Assembly (NCBI RefSeq): GCF_006345805.1
Contig: NC_043015.1
Span: 41,478,001 to 41,542,000 of the forward strand
Reading direction: 5' to 3'
DNA length: 64,000 bases
Source: Octopus sinensis
Taxonomy: Eukaryota
Each line of letters begins with the position of its first letter. Positions within the stretch are counted from its first letter, which is position 1. Under the pieces are notes generated by a model, which was not told where the DNA came from, made no database searches, and was given only the letters and a program-made list of their open reading frames with translations. Made by a program: the position numbers and the translations under genes. Positions 1 to 12,714 of the stretch are shown in pieces.

Positions 1-312
1 CTCGTGTCTGGTCGACGACACACTTAATTCATCTCATAATATTAAAGGATTATCAAGGCATATTTGCAATATTCAGTACATTTTTTCTTAATTACTTTTT
101 GTTTGGTTTGTCCAGATAAATTATCTGTAACTAATGTCCGTGTGAACCAAATGAACAAGAAACGGCGATAGACCTGATTGTGTCAGGTTTGAGTTAACCC
201 TTTCAATGCCATTCTGCCTAAAACAGCCAATTGTTCTCTGACACAAATCATCAGGTTTTAAACTGTTTATATGTTTAAATCATTTCCAACCTGTTCTTTT
301 CTGAGTGACCAT

Positions 313-796
313 TTAACCCTTTTGTTACCAACCTGGTTGAAACCGGCTCTGGCTCTGTAGTACAAATGTTTTGTTTCCATAAGTTTTGAATTGAAATCTT
401 CCACCAAACCTTAATCACAATTCATGTTCCTAACACTAGCTTAACCCTTTTGTTACCAACCCGGCTGAAACCAGCTCTGGTTCTGAGTACAAATGTCTTG
501 TTTTCAAAAGTTTTGAATTAAAATCTTCCACCAAACCTTAGTCACAATTCATTTTCCTAACACTAGCTTAACCCTTTTGTTACCAACCCGGCTGAAACCA
601 GCTCTGGTTCTGAGTACAAATGTCTTGTTTTCATAAGTTCTGAATTAAAATCTTCCACCAAACCTTAGTCACAATTCATGTTCCTAACACTAACTTCATG
701 ATAACTAAGTTATTTTACTAAATTCTTTGTTATATTTAAAATTAATTGAAAGAAACAGAGAGCATCCCAAAATAAATACAGTAAAAAAAGGGTTAA
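313..796 (+). mobile_element. piggyBac-type MITE, one full copy (568-796) preceded by two tandem left-end units
   Basis: TTAA-CCCTTT..GTTAC left end at 313, 441 and 568; right end AAAGGG-TTAA at 796. Confidence 0.8.
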
Positions 797-990
797 TACC
801 ACAACAAACTACTAAGGATAATTTATCACACGATTATAATAGGGTCTAGTTTATCAATCAGTTGGTTCAGAAGCAGTGTCTGTCAACCAGTTTTTACATA
901 TAGACCCCTTTAATTCCTATTTTGCTTGGATGGACCCTTATAGCTATTTGAGGTTTAAAAGATCCTCTATTAAATATTATTACAAATTGT

Positions 991-1211
991 TTAACCCTTT
1001 CGTTACCAACCCGGCTGAAACCGGCTCTGGTTCTGTAGTACAAAGTACATAAGTTCTGAATTAAAATCTTCCACCAAACCTTAGTCACAATTTATGTTCC
1101 TAACACTAGTTGAATGATTACTAAGTTATTTTACTAAATTCTTTGTTATATTTAAAGTAATTGAAAGAAACACAGAGCAGCTCAAAATAATTACAGTAAC
1201 GAAAGTGTTAA
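991..1211 (+). mobile_element. piggyBac-type MITE (about 220 bp)
   Basis: ttaaccctttcgttacc ... gtaacgaaagtgttaa: short TIRs inside TTAA. Confidence 0.85.
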
Positions 1212-1439
1212 TTACTGTTTCAAATTTTGGCATAAGACCAGCAATTTGTGGGGCAAGGGGGATGGGGTAAGTCAATTACATTGACCCCAGTGCTCAACTG
1301 GTACTCATTTATTGACCCTGAAAGGATTAACGGGAAAGTTGGCTCTGGTGATATTTGAACTCAGAATGTAAGCAGTCAGATGTCACAAAGCAATTTTTCT
1401 GTTACACCTGTGATTATACCTGTTAAATCTCACCAAATT

Positions 1440-1697
1440 TGTTACATGCCACTGGTTCCCTGTGCCAGTGGGATGTAAAAAGCACCATCCGAACGTGGTC
1501 AATGCCAGTGCTGCCTGACTGGCTCCTGTGCCAGTGGCATGTAAAAAGCATCCACTCTACTCTCAGTGGTTTGCGTTAGGAAGGGCATCAAGCTGTAGAA
1601 ACTTTGGCAGATCAGATTGGAACCTGGTGCAGCTCCTGGCTTGCCAGTCCTTGGTCAAACCGTCCAACCCATGCCAGCATGGAAAACCGACGTTAAA
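1440..1697 (+). mobile_element. RTE-tail-like interspersed repeat (family D: gtggttggcgttaggaagggcatccagctgtagaaa...ggaaagcggacgttaaa(tga)n)
   Basis: The same sequence recurs more than 20 times in the window in both orientations. Confidence 0.75.
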
Positions 1698-1787
1698 CAA
1701 TTTTCAAAATTAATTGAAATTCACACAGTGTATTTCATGAGGAATATGGCCATGAAAAGGTTGGCTGTGTACAAAGCTGACAGCCAA

Positions 1788-2117
1788 GTGCGTAACTGGT
1801 ACTTATTTAATCAACCCCGAAAGGATGAAATGCAAAGTCGACCTTGGTGGAATTTGAACTCAGAACATAACAGCAGATGAAATACCTATTTCTTTACTAC
1901 CCACAAGGGGCTAAACACAGAGGGGACAAACAAGGACAGACACACGGATTAAGTTGATTACATTGACCCCAGTGCATAACAGGTACTTAATTTATCGACC
2001 CTGAAAGGATGAAAGGCAAAGTCGACCTTGGCGGAATTTGAACTCAGAACGTAACGGCAGACAAAGTACCGTTAAGCATTTTTTCTGGCTTGCTAACAAT
2101 TCTGCCAGCTCACCGAC
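1788..2117 (-). mobile_element. tRNA-derived SINE family A, two partial tandem copies
   Basis: B box GAGTTCAAATTCC on the minus strand; body gactttgcctttcatcctttcggggtcgataaattaagtacc shared by many copies. Confidence 0.8.
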
Positions 2118-2139
2118 TTCAATGATGATGATGATGATG

Positions 2140-2172
<33 letters not shown>

Positions 2173-2184
2173 AATTATTAAATC

Positions 2185-2356
2185 ACCCACTACACTCTCG
2201 GAGTGGTTGGCGTTAGGAAGGGCATCCAGCTGTAGAAACACTGCCAGATCTGACTGGACTGGTGCAGCTTTCGGGCTCTCCAGACCCCAGTTGAACCGTC
2301 CAACCCATGCTAGCATGGAAAGCGGACGTTAAATGATGATGATGATGATGATGATG
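2185..2356 (+). mobile_element. Family D repeat with (GAT)n tail
   Basis: Matches the family D motif. Confidence 0.75.
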
Positions 2357-2723
2357 ATTTATTATTATTATTATTATAGCCATGTTTGTTTTGGTATTAA
2401 GATTGAAAAAAATCAACCTTGTTTGTAAGAAAAAAATTTGGCCTTGGGTTTGCACTCCTTCAGCAAATTTAATTCCTGCACTCCTGAATTCTATCGGCCA
2501 GTGTTGAAAACCTTACAGCATATATGTCAGCAGTGACTTGCTGCAGGTTTTAGACGACATGTGATGGACTTTGGGGAAAAAAAATCAATATTATGTTCTA
2601 AAAAGCTTATCAGCTGAAATAAAATCGTTTTGTGGCTCTGGGATTAAGAAGTATACTTTGCAAACCACATGGTTTTGGATTAAAGTTCCATTGTGCAGCA
2701 CATGGGGCAAATGTTTTCTAATA

Positions 2724-3013
2724 TTAGACCCAGGTTGACAAATGTCTTGTGACATGATTAACAAAAGAATTGAATTTATTTACATTTGATGGATATTTGT
2801 CCTCATTTTGTTTGTTGTTAACATGTTTCGGCTGATATACCCTCCAGCCTTCATCAGGTGTCTTGGGGAAATTTCGAACCTGGGTTCTCATTCCTAAGGT
2901 ATTTTTCAATGTTATTATTCTTATTCTTATCATTATTAAGGTCACTGCCTGGAATCGAACTCGGAATCTTGGGGTTAGTAGCCTGCACTCTTAACCACCA
3001 TGTCATATGCCCG
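2724..3013 (-). mobile_element. Composite element: tRNA-like head (3013-2940) plus Penelope-like end with hammerhead-like core
   Basis: Minus strand has an A-box-like TGACATGGTGGTTAAG, B box GAGTTCGATTCC, then CTGATGA-A-GGCTG..CAGCC-GAAAC. Confidence 0.6.
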
Positions 3014-3421
3014 TGGGCAGTTATGGAGTGAATTTTTAGGGCTTATAAATCAAATATTTTCCTATCCTTCCTTAATACCGGTTCCCAAATGCTTTGAAGA
3101 TCTTCTGCTGAGTGTGTCTTGCCACACACACACAGCTTTGTTGGAACAAACAAGAAATAAAAGTGCATGAGTGTGTGTATATATATATACATATTATACT
3201 ATACACACATTCACTTACATATGCATGTTTATGTGTGTGTGTTATAAACAATGTAACATTAAAGTGAAGAAGTATTCAATATTTTTTTTTATAGTGTACA
3301 TGTTAGACTTTCAGAACGAGCGGGTTGATATTGACTTCCAAGTTTTGGCTTACTAGCCAGTGTCAGTGTGTGTGTGTGTGTTTGTATTTATTTAATATCA
3401 TGTGGGCAACAATATACATAT

Positions 3422-3722
3422 ATAAATTAGAAAAAAGCCACTCTTTATCAATTCAATAATGAAAAATTAAATTATACCATCTAGAAAATTACATATTATA
3501 GAAAGATTAAATATAAGATAAAACATATAACGATGATTAAGTAATGTGCAAAATAATAAATTAAACATATATATATACCAAATATATGTTTTATCTATTA
3601 TTTTGCACATTAAGTAATCATCGTTATATGTTTTATCTTATATTTAATCTTTCTATAATATGTAATTTTCTAGATGGTATAATTTAATTTTTCATTATTG
3701 AATTGGTGTTTTTTTTCTAATT

Positions 3723-3725
<3 letters not shown>
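3422..3725. repeat. Long AT-rich inverted repeat (foldback), arms about 120-140 bp
   Basis: 3449-3570 is the reverse complement of about 3582-3705 with a few mismatches; outer ataaattagaaaaaa pairs with ttttttctaatttat. Confidence 0.9.
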
Positions 3726-3779
<54 letters not shown>

Positions 3780-4757
3780 ATTTATATATATATTATATTT
3801 TGTGAAATTTGATTTAGTATTTCTAAATTGAATTTTTCCCTGTAAGTTTGGAATAATATTCCCTCATATTATTATTACACACACACACACACATGTATAT
3901 TCTTTTATTCTTTTATATATAATATAACACACACACATGTATATATGCGCATATACATGCACGTGCACACAGACACACCTTTATTGTTGTTCAAACGTCT
4001 ATCTTCTCTCGTTTATTCTATTGTCTTGTTTGAAAACACGTGAGCTCTGATTGATTGTTTCACAGAGTTGCAGATGAAATTGCAGCCAGAGTTTAACTGG
4101 GGCTCCATGGGTAACTATTCCTGCTCTTTGTCTACGCAAGCTGATTTGATTCCATCATCTTCCGCCGATATTCAATCACCTTGTGCTTTTTATTTTTTTT
4201 GCATTGTTTCATACTATTTTTTGTTTGATATTATTTTTTTTTTCATATATTTCCATTGCTGTGTTTTTTTTGTCTTTTTAAAATAGTATGATTTTTTTGT
4301 TTGTTTCGCTTTTGAAAGTGATTTGTGTCCTTTTTTTGTTTGTTAATCAATTTATTTACTTATTTATTTAAATTATCTTTTTTTGGTCTTTGATGTGTTT
4401 GCGTTTGTTCGTTAAATATTTCTACCTGAGTGAAGTGATTGATTTGTTTGTTTGTTTGTTTTTTGCTGATTTTCTGTTGTTTTGTTTGATTTTTTTCTTT
4501 GAATTGTGCAACTGTTTCATTTTTGCTTCCATATGTTGCATTATGGGAAAGTTAAATATTGAAATGATGATGATGATGATGATGATGATAATATTTTTTT
4601 TATATTTCAATACAAAGATAATTGTTAATGGCATAATGGAATTACAGTTTGAATAATAATGGCATTACTTGCAAAACGGTTAAATAGAGAATTTATTTCT
4701 TCCCTCATATTTTGGTAGTGTTGCATAACATAAAATTTACACACACACACACACACA

Positions 4758-5230
4758 CAGTGCGGTGAATAAACTGTTGTCTAAATTAGGCAAAAATTAA
4801 AATCACATTGACGTCTCATTTTAACAGATATTATTTACCAAAATTACAGAAAAACATCTTGAAATACTAAAGAGTAAATTTATTCAATAAAATCACCATT
4901 GGCTTCAACCATGGCTTCCAGACGACTTCAGAATCTCCTGCAACTCTTCTGGATGGTCACCTTGTTTAAGTTGGTGAATGCTGCCAGAATCCTTGCCTTC
5001 AGTTCATCTTTGGTGTTACAAGGAGTTCTGTTGGTCTCTCATTCAACTGCACCCCACACATAATAATGAAAGGGGTTGCAGACTGGGGAGTTAAGTAGCC
5101 AGACGTTAGGGATGATGTGGTCACAGAAATTGTCTGACAGCCAAGACTGGGTTCTCTTGCTTGTGTGGCATGGTGCAGAGTCCTGTTGCCATCATAGGGT
5201 CTTCCAGCAGCCACTCTCTTGCCCCAGGGC
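4758..5230 (-). mobile_element. Decayed maT/DD37D-type Tc1-mariner transposase C-terminal fragment with terminus
   Basis: Minus-strand translation WQQDSAPCHTSKRTQSWLSDNF..W..NSPVCNPFHYYVWGAVE..KDELKARI..RLEAMVEANGDFIE, with stops; 37 residues between QQD and the NPxD position. Confidence 0.75.
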
Positions 5231-5679
5231 AGCACTCATATATACATATGTATACATACATACACACACACATATATATACATATACATACATACATAAA
5301 TGTAAACCTATATGTGTGTATATATATAGTATTTTACTATTTTACATCTGCTTTTTCCCATGCTAGATTGAATGAACTGATTTTGTTTTTATTTAAAAAT
5401 TATTTTTGTTTTGTTGCAAATTTGGTTGAATGCCAAGTGTCAGAACCATTGTTTGTATAGATTAATTCCTTTCATTCTTTTTTTGTTATGTCCAGTTACC
5501 ACTCATGTGTGACATAGGAGTGGAACCTGTTTGTTATGCAAGCAGACCGAATGAAACAAGCTACATGGCACATCAAGGGGCATCGTGTGGGTGTGTACAC
5601 ACACACAGGGATAAAATTTTTGAATTGAATTCGTCCTTTTTTAGTTGAGTTTTATAAGAGGCCATAACAATAATAATGA

Positions 5680-6200
5680 GAAACAGTTCCTATCATAGTG
5701 GGTGCTTTAGGTATGATAAAAAAAATATTCGGACAAATACATAACAAAAACACCAGGACTAATAAATATATATTTCTTTACTGCTCACAAGGGGCTAAAC
5801 ACAGAGGGGACAAACAAGGACAGACAAAGGGATTAAGTCGATTACATCGACCCCAGTGCATAACTGGTACTTTATTTATCGACCCCGAAAGGATGAAAGG
5901 CAAAGTCGACCTCAGTGGAATTTGAACTCAGAATGTAACGGCAGACGAAATACGGCTATGCATTTCGCCCGGTGTGCTAACGATTCTGCCAGCTCACTAC
6001 CTTCGAAAATATATATTTACATGTATATATATACAGAAAATAGCACTACTGGGCACTGCACACATCCTACGTAAAACACTTTCAATACAGTAACCGTAAG
6101 ACCATCACAACAAATCACAACACATACCCAAGGCACACAGTGCTGTGCTCGGTAGTGAAGTGAAAGCACGCTATAAAAATAAAACTACTGAATAATAAAA
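5680..6200 (+). mobile_element. R4/Dong-like (RLE) non-LTR retrotransposon 3' end, interrupted by a SINE
   Basis: ETVPIIVGALGMIKK ... QKIALLGTAHILRKTLSIQ plus the same 3'UTR as 16746-17170, ending in (AAT)n. Confidence 0.75.
5773..6000 (-). mobile_element. SINE family A inserted in the R4/Dong-like fragment
   Basis: Full family A sequence splits the retroelement coding remnant. Confidence 0.8.
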
Positions 6201-6224
6201 ATAATAAAAATAATAATAATAATA

Positions 6225-6440
6225 ATCCTTTCTCCTATAGGCACAAGGCCTGAAATTTTGTTGGATGGGGGTACGTCGATTTACATCGACCCCAGTGTTT
6301 CACTGGTACTTAATTTATCAACCCTGAAAAGATGAAAGGCAAAGTCAACCTTGGCAGAATTTGAACTCAGAACGTTAAGATAGACGAAATACCGCTAAGC
6401 ATTTTGCCCGGTGTGCTATTGATTCTGCCAGCTCGCTGCC
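6225..6440 (-). mobile_element. SINE family A
   Basis: Family motif with (ATT)n tail. Confidence 0.75.
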
Positions 6441-7416
6441 TTGTAGACCTGAAATCAATAATATTGAAGTTAGGATTATCTCGTTGTTATTGTAGTTTTT
6501 GTAGTTGTTTTGTTGACAATCAAATGTCCTTACTATTGCTGTTTCTTGTATCCGAAAAGTGGAAGCATTAAACAGTTTGGCCTAAGAGACTGACAGAATA
6601 AGTACCGGACTTCAATAAACACTGGCGTCAGTTTACTTGACTTAAAGACCCTTTTGAGGTGGTGCTCCAGCATGGCCACAGTCTGAGGATTGAAATGACT
6701 GAAAGATAATAGATAACAAAAAGATATCTCTGTCCCAAATGGTCGACGTTTTGTCTGGCGTCTGTTTGTATTGTTACAACTTTTCTGTTGTGTTAGTTGC
6801 TATTGTTGTCTCCTACATCTGTTTCTTTTTATTGCCCATGGGTGGGGTGGGGGCTTTGTTGTCTCCTGTATCTCATACTAGAATGAATAGTTCTCCATGA
6901 GAAATCTATAACAGTTACCATAGATTTTACGGTATTTGTAGGTTGCAAACAAAGCAGCAAAATATGTTAATAATGTGAATTACACTTGAAAACTAATAAA
7001 AAAGAAAAAAAACAAACTAGTGCTGACTACAATATGTCTAAAAGTAGTGCCATATCCTGTTAGCTATTTTTTTGAAAAGTTTTTTTTTTTGTTTTGTTAT
7101 GTGAGAAATTTGTTGTAAAGTGTTATTAAAATTCTTCATACCTTAAATTTTGTTGAATATGTTACATTGCTTTCATTTTGTCCCGGCACTCAAAGATGTT
7201 TACAATGTACGGCTTTGATGAAATTACCGTTAATTTAGTTTTATTAAAAAACGTTAAGAATTTAACATTTGAAGCTTAATGTTACACACACACACACACC
7301 CATGCACATATATGCACGTATACACATTCACTCATTGCAGCCTTCTGACTTGCCAGCATTCAGTCAAACTGTCCAACCCATGCCAGCATGGAAAGTGGAC
7401 GTTAAACGATGATGAT

Positions 7417-7498
<82 letters not shown>

Positions 7499-8259
7499 AG
7501 ATGGAGAGTTGGGTGATGACATCCTTGAGCTGAAAGAGATGACTTGAGTAGAAAGTTTGAACCTGTTGTGACTTTTACCTGTTTATCAGTATGTCATCAA
7601 GGACTTACTGTTGATTAGAGGACTAGAGTGGGATGGTTATAGATTAGGTTTATAGATGATGATGATGATGATGTGAAGGTTGTGGTGGTGGTGGTAGTAG
7701 TGCTAGTAAATAGAACAAGTGACCCAGTTTCATTTCTTGAAATTCATATTTTGTAAGAGTGCTATTTTAAACTCCCCCCCCCATCGTCACATATTTGAAA
7801 TTTTTTTTTAACCTAATTAAAAAAAGCTTTTGAAGTTTGTTTTGGTTTGGTGTGTTGATATTTTCTTAAAAAAAAAAATAAAAAACTTGGTTTTTTTTTG
7901 CTTTGGCTTTCTTGGTTCACTGATGGTCTGTGACTCCCTGAGTATGGTGATGATTGTAGATGTAGCAGTCATCATTTGTCATCATTGTTTTTTTACATTT
8001 ACTTCCCCATGTTTGCTTGTGTCAGATGGAATTCGTTGATGGCACAATTTTCTACAGCTGGGATGCCCTTCCTGTTACCAACCCTTCCCTGTTTCCAAGC
8101 AAAGTAATATTTCTCCATGGCTGCCCCAGCTCCTGTCAAACCGTCCAACCCATGCCAGCATCGAAAGCAGATTGAAACAAACAAAACTTTGCACAACAGT
8201 GATGCTTCTTCATAACCACAATGTAATGTCAGGACAAGGAGACCCCTCCCACACATCAT

Positions 8260-8575
8260 CATCATAATTTAATGTACGTTTTCCGTGCTAGCACGGGTTG
8301 CACAGTTTGACCGGGATCTGGGAAGCCAGGAGGCTGCACCAGGCTCCAGTCTGATCTGGCAGTGTTTCTACAGCTGGATGCCCTTCCTAATGCCAACCAC
8401 TCCATGAGTGTAGTGGGTGTTTTTTACATGCCACTGGCATAGGGTCCAGAGGTGGCTGGCAAACGGTTGGTACTTTTATGTGTCACCGGCATGGATGCCA
8501 GTCGGGCGGCGCTGGCATCTGCTATGTTTGGACAGTGCTTTTTACGTGTCACTGGCAAAGGTGTCTTAACTACAG
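8260..8575 (-). mobile_element. Family D repeat
   Basis: Reverse complement of the family D motif. Confidence 0.7.
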
Positions 8576-8946
8576 GTGCTATGAGCACCGGACTTTAGAA
8601 GATGAAGTGCAACAATCATTGAACTGTTGACAGAGAAACTTAAAGTCCTGTATGTAAGTCTCTATTATTTATCCTTTTACGGTCAAGTATAAATAGCAAG
8701 TCTTGTCATGCAGGATACAAAAAAAAAAAGAAGGAAAAAATACATGATGATAATCCATCAAATGGCTTATAACACAAATGTGGATTATATAGACCTGTCT
8801 TCTTCACAATTTAGCAGTGGGTCAATAAGCCACACCCAGCCTTAAAGGGTAACAAATATAGTCCTCTATCCCCAACAACCTTTTTTTGTCATTACACATA
8901 TCCCCCCCCCCCTCTCTCTCTCTCTCTATCTATCTATATATTTATA

Positions 8947-9280
8947 CAAGGGAGAGTCAGAAAGTAATGCCATTTTGTTTAGGGCAGGTATAATTACCAA
9001 CACAGGAACATGTATCAAAATGAAGCTGGTCCTCTGTGGATCTCATCCTTACTTCTCAACATAGTCACTGTTTCTCTCAATAGCAATGTTCCACCTTCGA
9101 ATGAGGTCATGTATCCCTTCCCCGTAAAATTCTGTTGACTGTTCTTTGAGCCACTTCTTCACTACAGTTTTTACTTCCTCGTCACTGGAATAACGTTTGC
9201 CTCTCAAACCCTCTTTCATGGCGCCCGAAGAGATGATAATCTGAAGGCGCTAAATCTGGTGAGTGTGGAGGTAGTGAAGA
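8947..9280 (-). mobile_element. Mariner transposase C-terminal remnant with one TIR
   Basis: Minus strand reads MKEGLRGKRYSSDEEVKTVVKKWLKEQSTEFY; terminus ta-caagggagagtcagaaagtaatgcc. Confidence 0.75.
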
Positions 9281-9718
9281 AGTGGCTCAATATATATATT
9301 CCCCAGCACATTCTGTAAAGTGGTTGGTGTTAGGAAGGGCTTCCAGGTGTAGAAACCATGCCAAAACAGACAATTGGACCCTGGCCACCTCTCTAGCTAC
9401 CCCAGCTCCTGTCAAACTGTCCAACCCATGCCAGCATCGAAAGCAGATGTTAAACAATGATGATGATGATGATATCTTTTAGTTTTTACTTGTTTCAGTC
9501 TAATGACTTGGCATTTTACAGTGATGGCCATACGTAGGAATCTGTGGTGTTCATGCATTTTATTTGCAATGGCACTAAAACGGTTTTGAGTGGAAAAGGC
9601 TTCAGCTTGCAAATCAGAATGTAAATCACACTTGCTTTTATCGATTGGGTTAGCTGCTAGCGACCTTCTTCATGCATGGATGTGCACAATGTATACACAC
9701 ACACACACACACACACGT

Positions 9719-9762
<44 letters not shown>

Positions 9763-9950
9763 GTGCACACACACACACACACACACACACAATATAAACA
9801 AAACACATGCACACATTTACAGAGTTGTGTGTGTTCAAAAATACTTTTATGTAAATCGCAGACATAAATGCCCAGGAAGTGACAAGAAAAATATTATATA
9901 TATATATATATATATATGTATATTTATACATGCGCATATGTAGAAATGTG

Positions 9951-9989
<39 letters not shown>

Positions 9990-10871
9990 GTATATGTAAA
10001 CATGTATGCACAAATGTATATATATGTTTGTGTGTGTATATATATATATATATATTATATCAACTGAAATATTTTCATTTGCATGTTACTTAATGCCAAT
10101 TACTAACAATTGAAACTGCTGAAGCAGTCATTTCTCTTGTTATTTGTATTGTTATTATTATTATTATTATTATTATCATCATCATTATCCCCCCCCCCAC
10201 TGCATTCTGTTTCTGTATATATATATATATATAGAAAGCTTTTTGCTGTTTGAGCCAAGACCATGGAACTAGTCTAATGCTTGCTATAAAGAAAAAAAGC
10301 AAAAAAAAAAGAACCCCCCCTCCCAAAGCAACCCTGTCTGTCCTTCTGCTACTCTGGCTGTTTTCTCTTGAAGTTCTAAATAATGTCAGTAGTGTGTATT
10401 GGATGTGTTTAGTCATTTGCTCATTATAAAAGGTTAATGTGTATCTGGTCGGATTGCTGCCTGTCATTGTTATTGCGTTTCACTGTTACTTTATATATAC
10501 ATGCACATATCAGATATATATATATATATATATCACCATTTAACGTCTGTTTTCCATGCTGCCATCGGACTGAATATATATATATATAAATATCTTTTAC
10601 TTGTTTCAGTTATTAGGCTGTGGCCATGCTGGGGCACTGCCTTGAAGAATTTTAGTTGACCAAATTGACTCCGGTACTTTTTTTTTCTAAGTCTGGTACT
10701 TATTCTGTCCGCCTCTTTTGCTGAACTGCTAAGTTACGAGGATTGTATGCACACTAAGATCAGTTGTCAGGTTGTAGTGGAACACATATGCTTTTGTGTG
10801 TGGGTCCGCACGGGCACCTTGGTCTTGTTTCAGTTTCCGTCTTCCAAAATGTGTGTATGTGTGTGTGTGTG

Positions 10872-10914
<43 letters not shown>

Positions 10915-10915
<1 letters not shown>

Positions 10916-11100
10916 AGAGTTTATAAAAGAAAACAAAAGACGAAGACAGGTGGTGTACAAAACAAACAGATGTATTAGTATAATGCTCGGGAAGTGAAAA
11001 AGACTTTAATGTTTTGAGCCTATGCTCTTCTACAGAAAGGAACACAGAAAGAAACAAGGAGAGAAAATAAAGAATGTGTAGTGGCTAGCGATCTATCATG
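10915..11100 (-). mobile_element. Penelope-like terminal repeat with degenerate hammerhead-like motif
   Basis: Minus strand CTTT-CTGTAGA-A-GAGC-ATAG-GCTC-AAAACAT-T-AAAG; a related, more decayed copy lies near 53480-53640. Confidence 0.45.
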
Positions 11101-11474
11101 GCGAATGTTGGACAAAGGGGTCACACAGGAGAGGGAGGAAGAAGGTTGGGTGGTTTGACAGGGGTTGGCAAGCTGGAGAGCTATTCCAGACTCCATTTGT
11201 CAGTTTTGGCATGGTTTCTATGGCTGGATGCCCTTCCTAATGTCAACCCCTTTACAGTTAAACACTGGGGTCAGTGTAATCAACTTGACTCAACTGCACT
11301 CAAATGCCAAGCTGTGTTGCCCCTCTGATGAGTAGATATGCTCATCAAACCATCATGATCTTGTGTTCACAACCATGGCCTCCACATCAGACCGTGGTTG
11401 GAGAGAGAACATCCTGAGGCCCTCGTCTTGCAGTGGAGTGAACATAGGCAATCCAATCCAATTCATACACACAC

Positions 11475-11578
<104 letters not shown>

Positions 11579-11856
11579 CAAAGAAAATGGAGAAGATATA
11601 AAATCGTCAATTGTATGTCCTCTCCATTTCCTTATTTGCCTTATAAATCCTGGGTGAATTTCCAAATTACCCCCACCCATACCTAGAATTCAATTGCAAT
11701 ATTGCCATGCAATAGTAATCACTTGGTTATAAATATATAGGTACACATCCAGTAGTATGTTGGATATTTACTATCCCTTAGAGGGTTGCTTAACCTCTAA
11801 CTCATACAGACATACATATAAATACATATATACATATTACATACATTCATATGTAT

Positions 11857-11895
<39 letters not shown>

Positions 11896-12294
11896 GGAAC
11901 AAAAACACGGTAGAGGGTATTAAAATGTTCGGACAGATAGATGATCCAAAGGCGGACAAGAGACACAACAATTAGAAGGTCAGGCAAAAAAAAAAGATGG
12001 GTCATTCGTGGCTTTCTTTCATCAGTCAAGTCCCAGAAGGTCACAACCATTTCGGGCAGACACACACAGACATACATGCATACATGCTCACGCACATATG
12101 CACATATGCAGAGACAGATGCATATGGATGTACATATACTTATGTGTTTATATATGCATGTATATAAGTGTGTCTACATATACTTGTACAAACACAGACC
12201 ATGTTTATATAGATTGACACTTCGATGAATGCCATTAGCTGACCTACATATTACGAATGTAAATATCTCATTAGTAATTCAAACACGCACACAC

Positions 12295-12329
<35 letters not shown>

Positions 12330-12638
12330 AATTAGGCAATGGAATCAGCATGGGTCTTCTCGAGGATCAATTATTGATTAGTTACTAATGGCAACTCAGC
12401 AATCTGTGTAGGTAGCTGTTTGATGTAAAGGGTGGTGGGTGGTCATGAGTTGGCAAGTTATTGTTGATGGTGGTGGTCAGGGAGTGGAGTGTTCTTGTTC
12501 CAGTAGCCAGTAAGGGCAGTGGAAAGTTGGCACCATAATGGAAATCATTAGCATTCTAAGAAAAAAAAATGATCTTCATTGTTAATTATAATAATAATAA
12601 TAATGATGATGATGGTTTTACATTTTGCCACAAGGCCC

Positions 12639-12674
<36 letters not shown>

Positions 12675-12714
12675 GTAATGATAATAATAATAATGGTAAT
12701 GCTAATAATAATAA

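Noticed and set aside
4066-4110. Exon-like segment (cacag|AGTTGCAGATG...ATGG|gtaact)
   Set aside because: No recognisable homology and no phase link to supported exons
5496-5590. Open exon-like segment LPLMCDIGVEPVCYASRPNETSYMAHQGASC
   Set aside because: Good acceptor but weak donor in a GT repeat, not coiled-coil-like, and no supporting homology
8576-8653. 78-nt exon-like segment with AG and GTAAGT, containing IIELLTEKLKVL
   Set aside because: Stops occur in all three frames and the acceptor derives from a repeat; at most a UTR exon
11326-11360. CTGATGAG hammerhead-like start
   Set aside because: It forms a simple TGATGAG/CTCATCA hairpin with no GAAA after a stem II
11990-12030. Minus-strand CTGATGA in a Penelope-like context
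   Set aside because: No convincing stem II or GAAAC; too decayed to call
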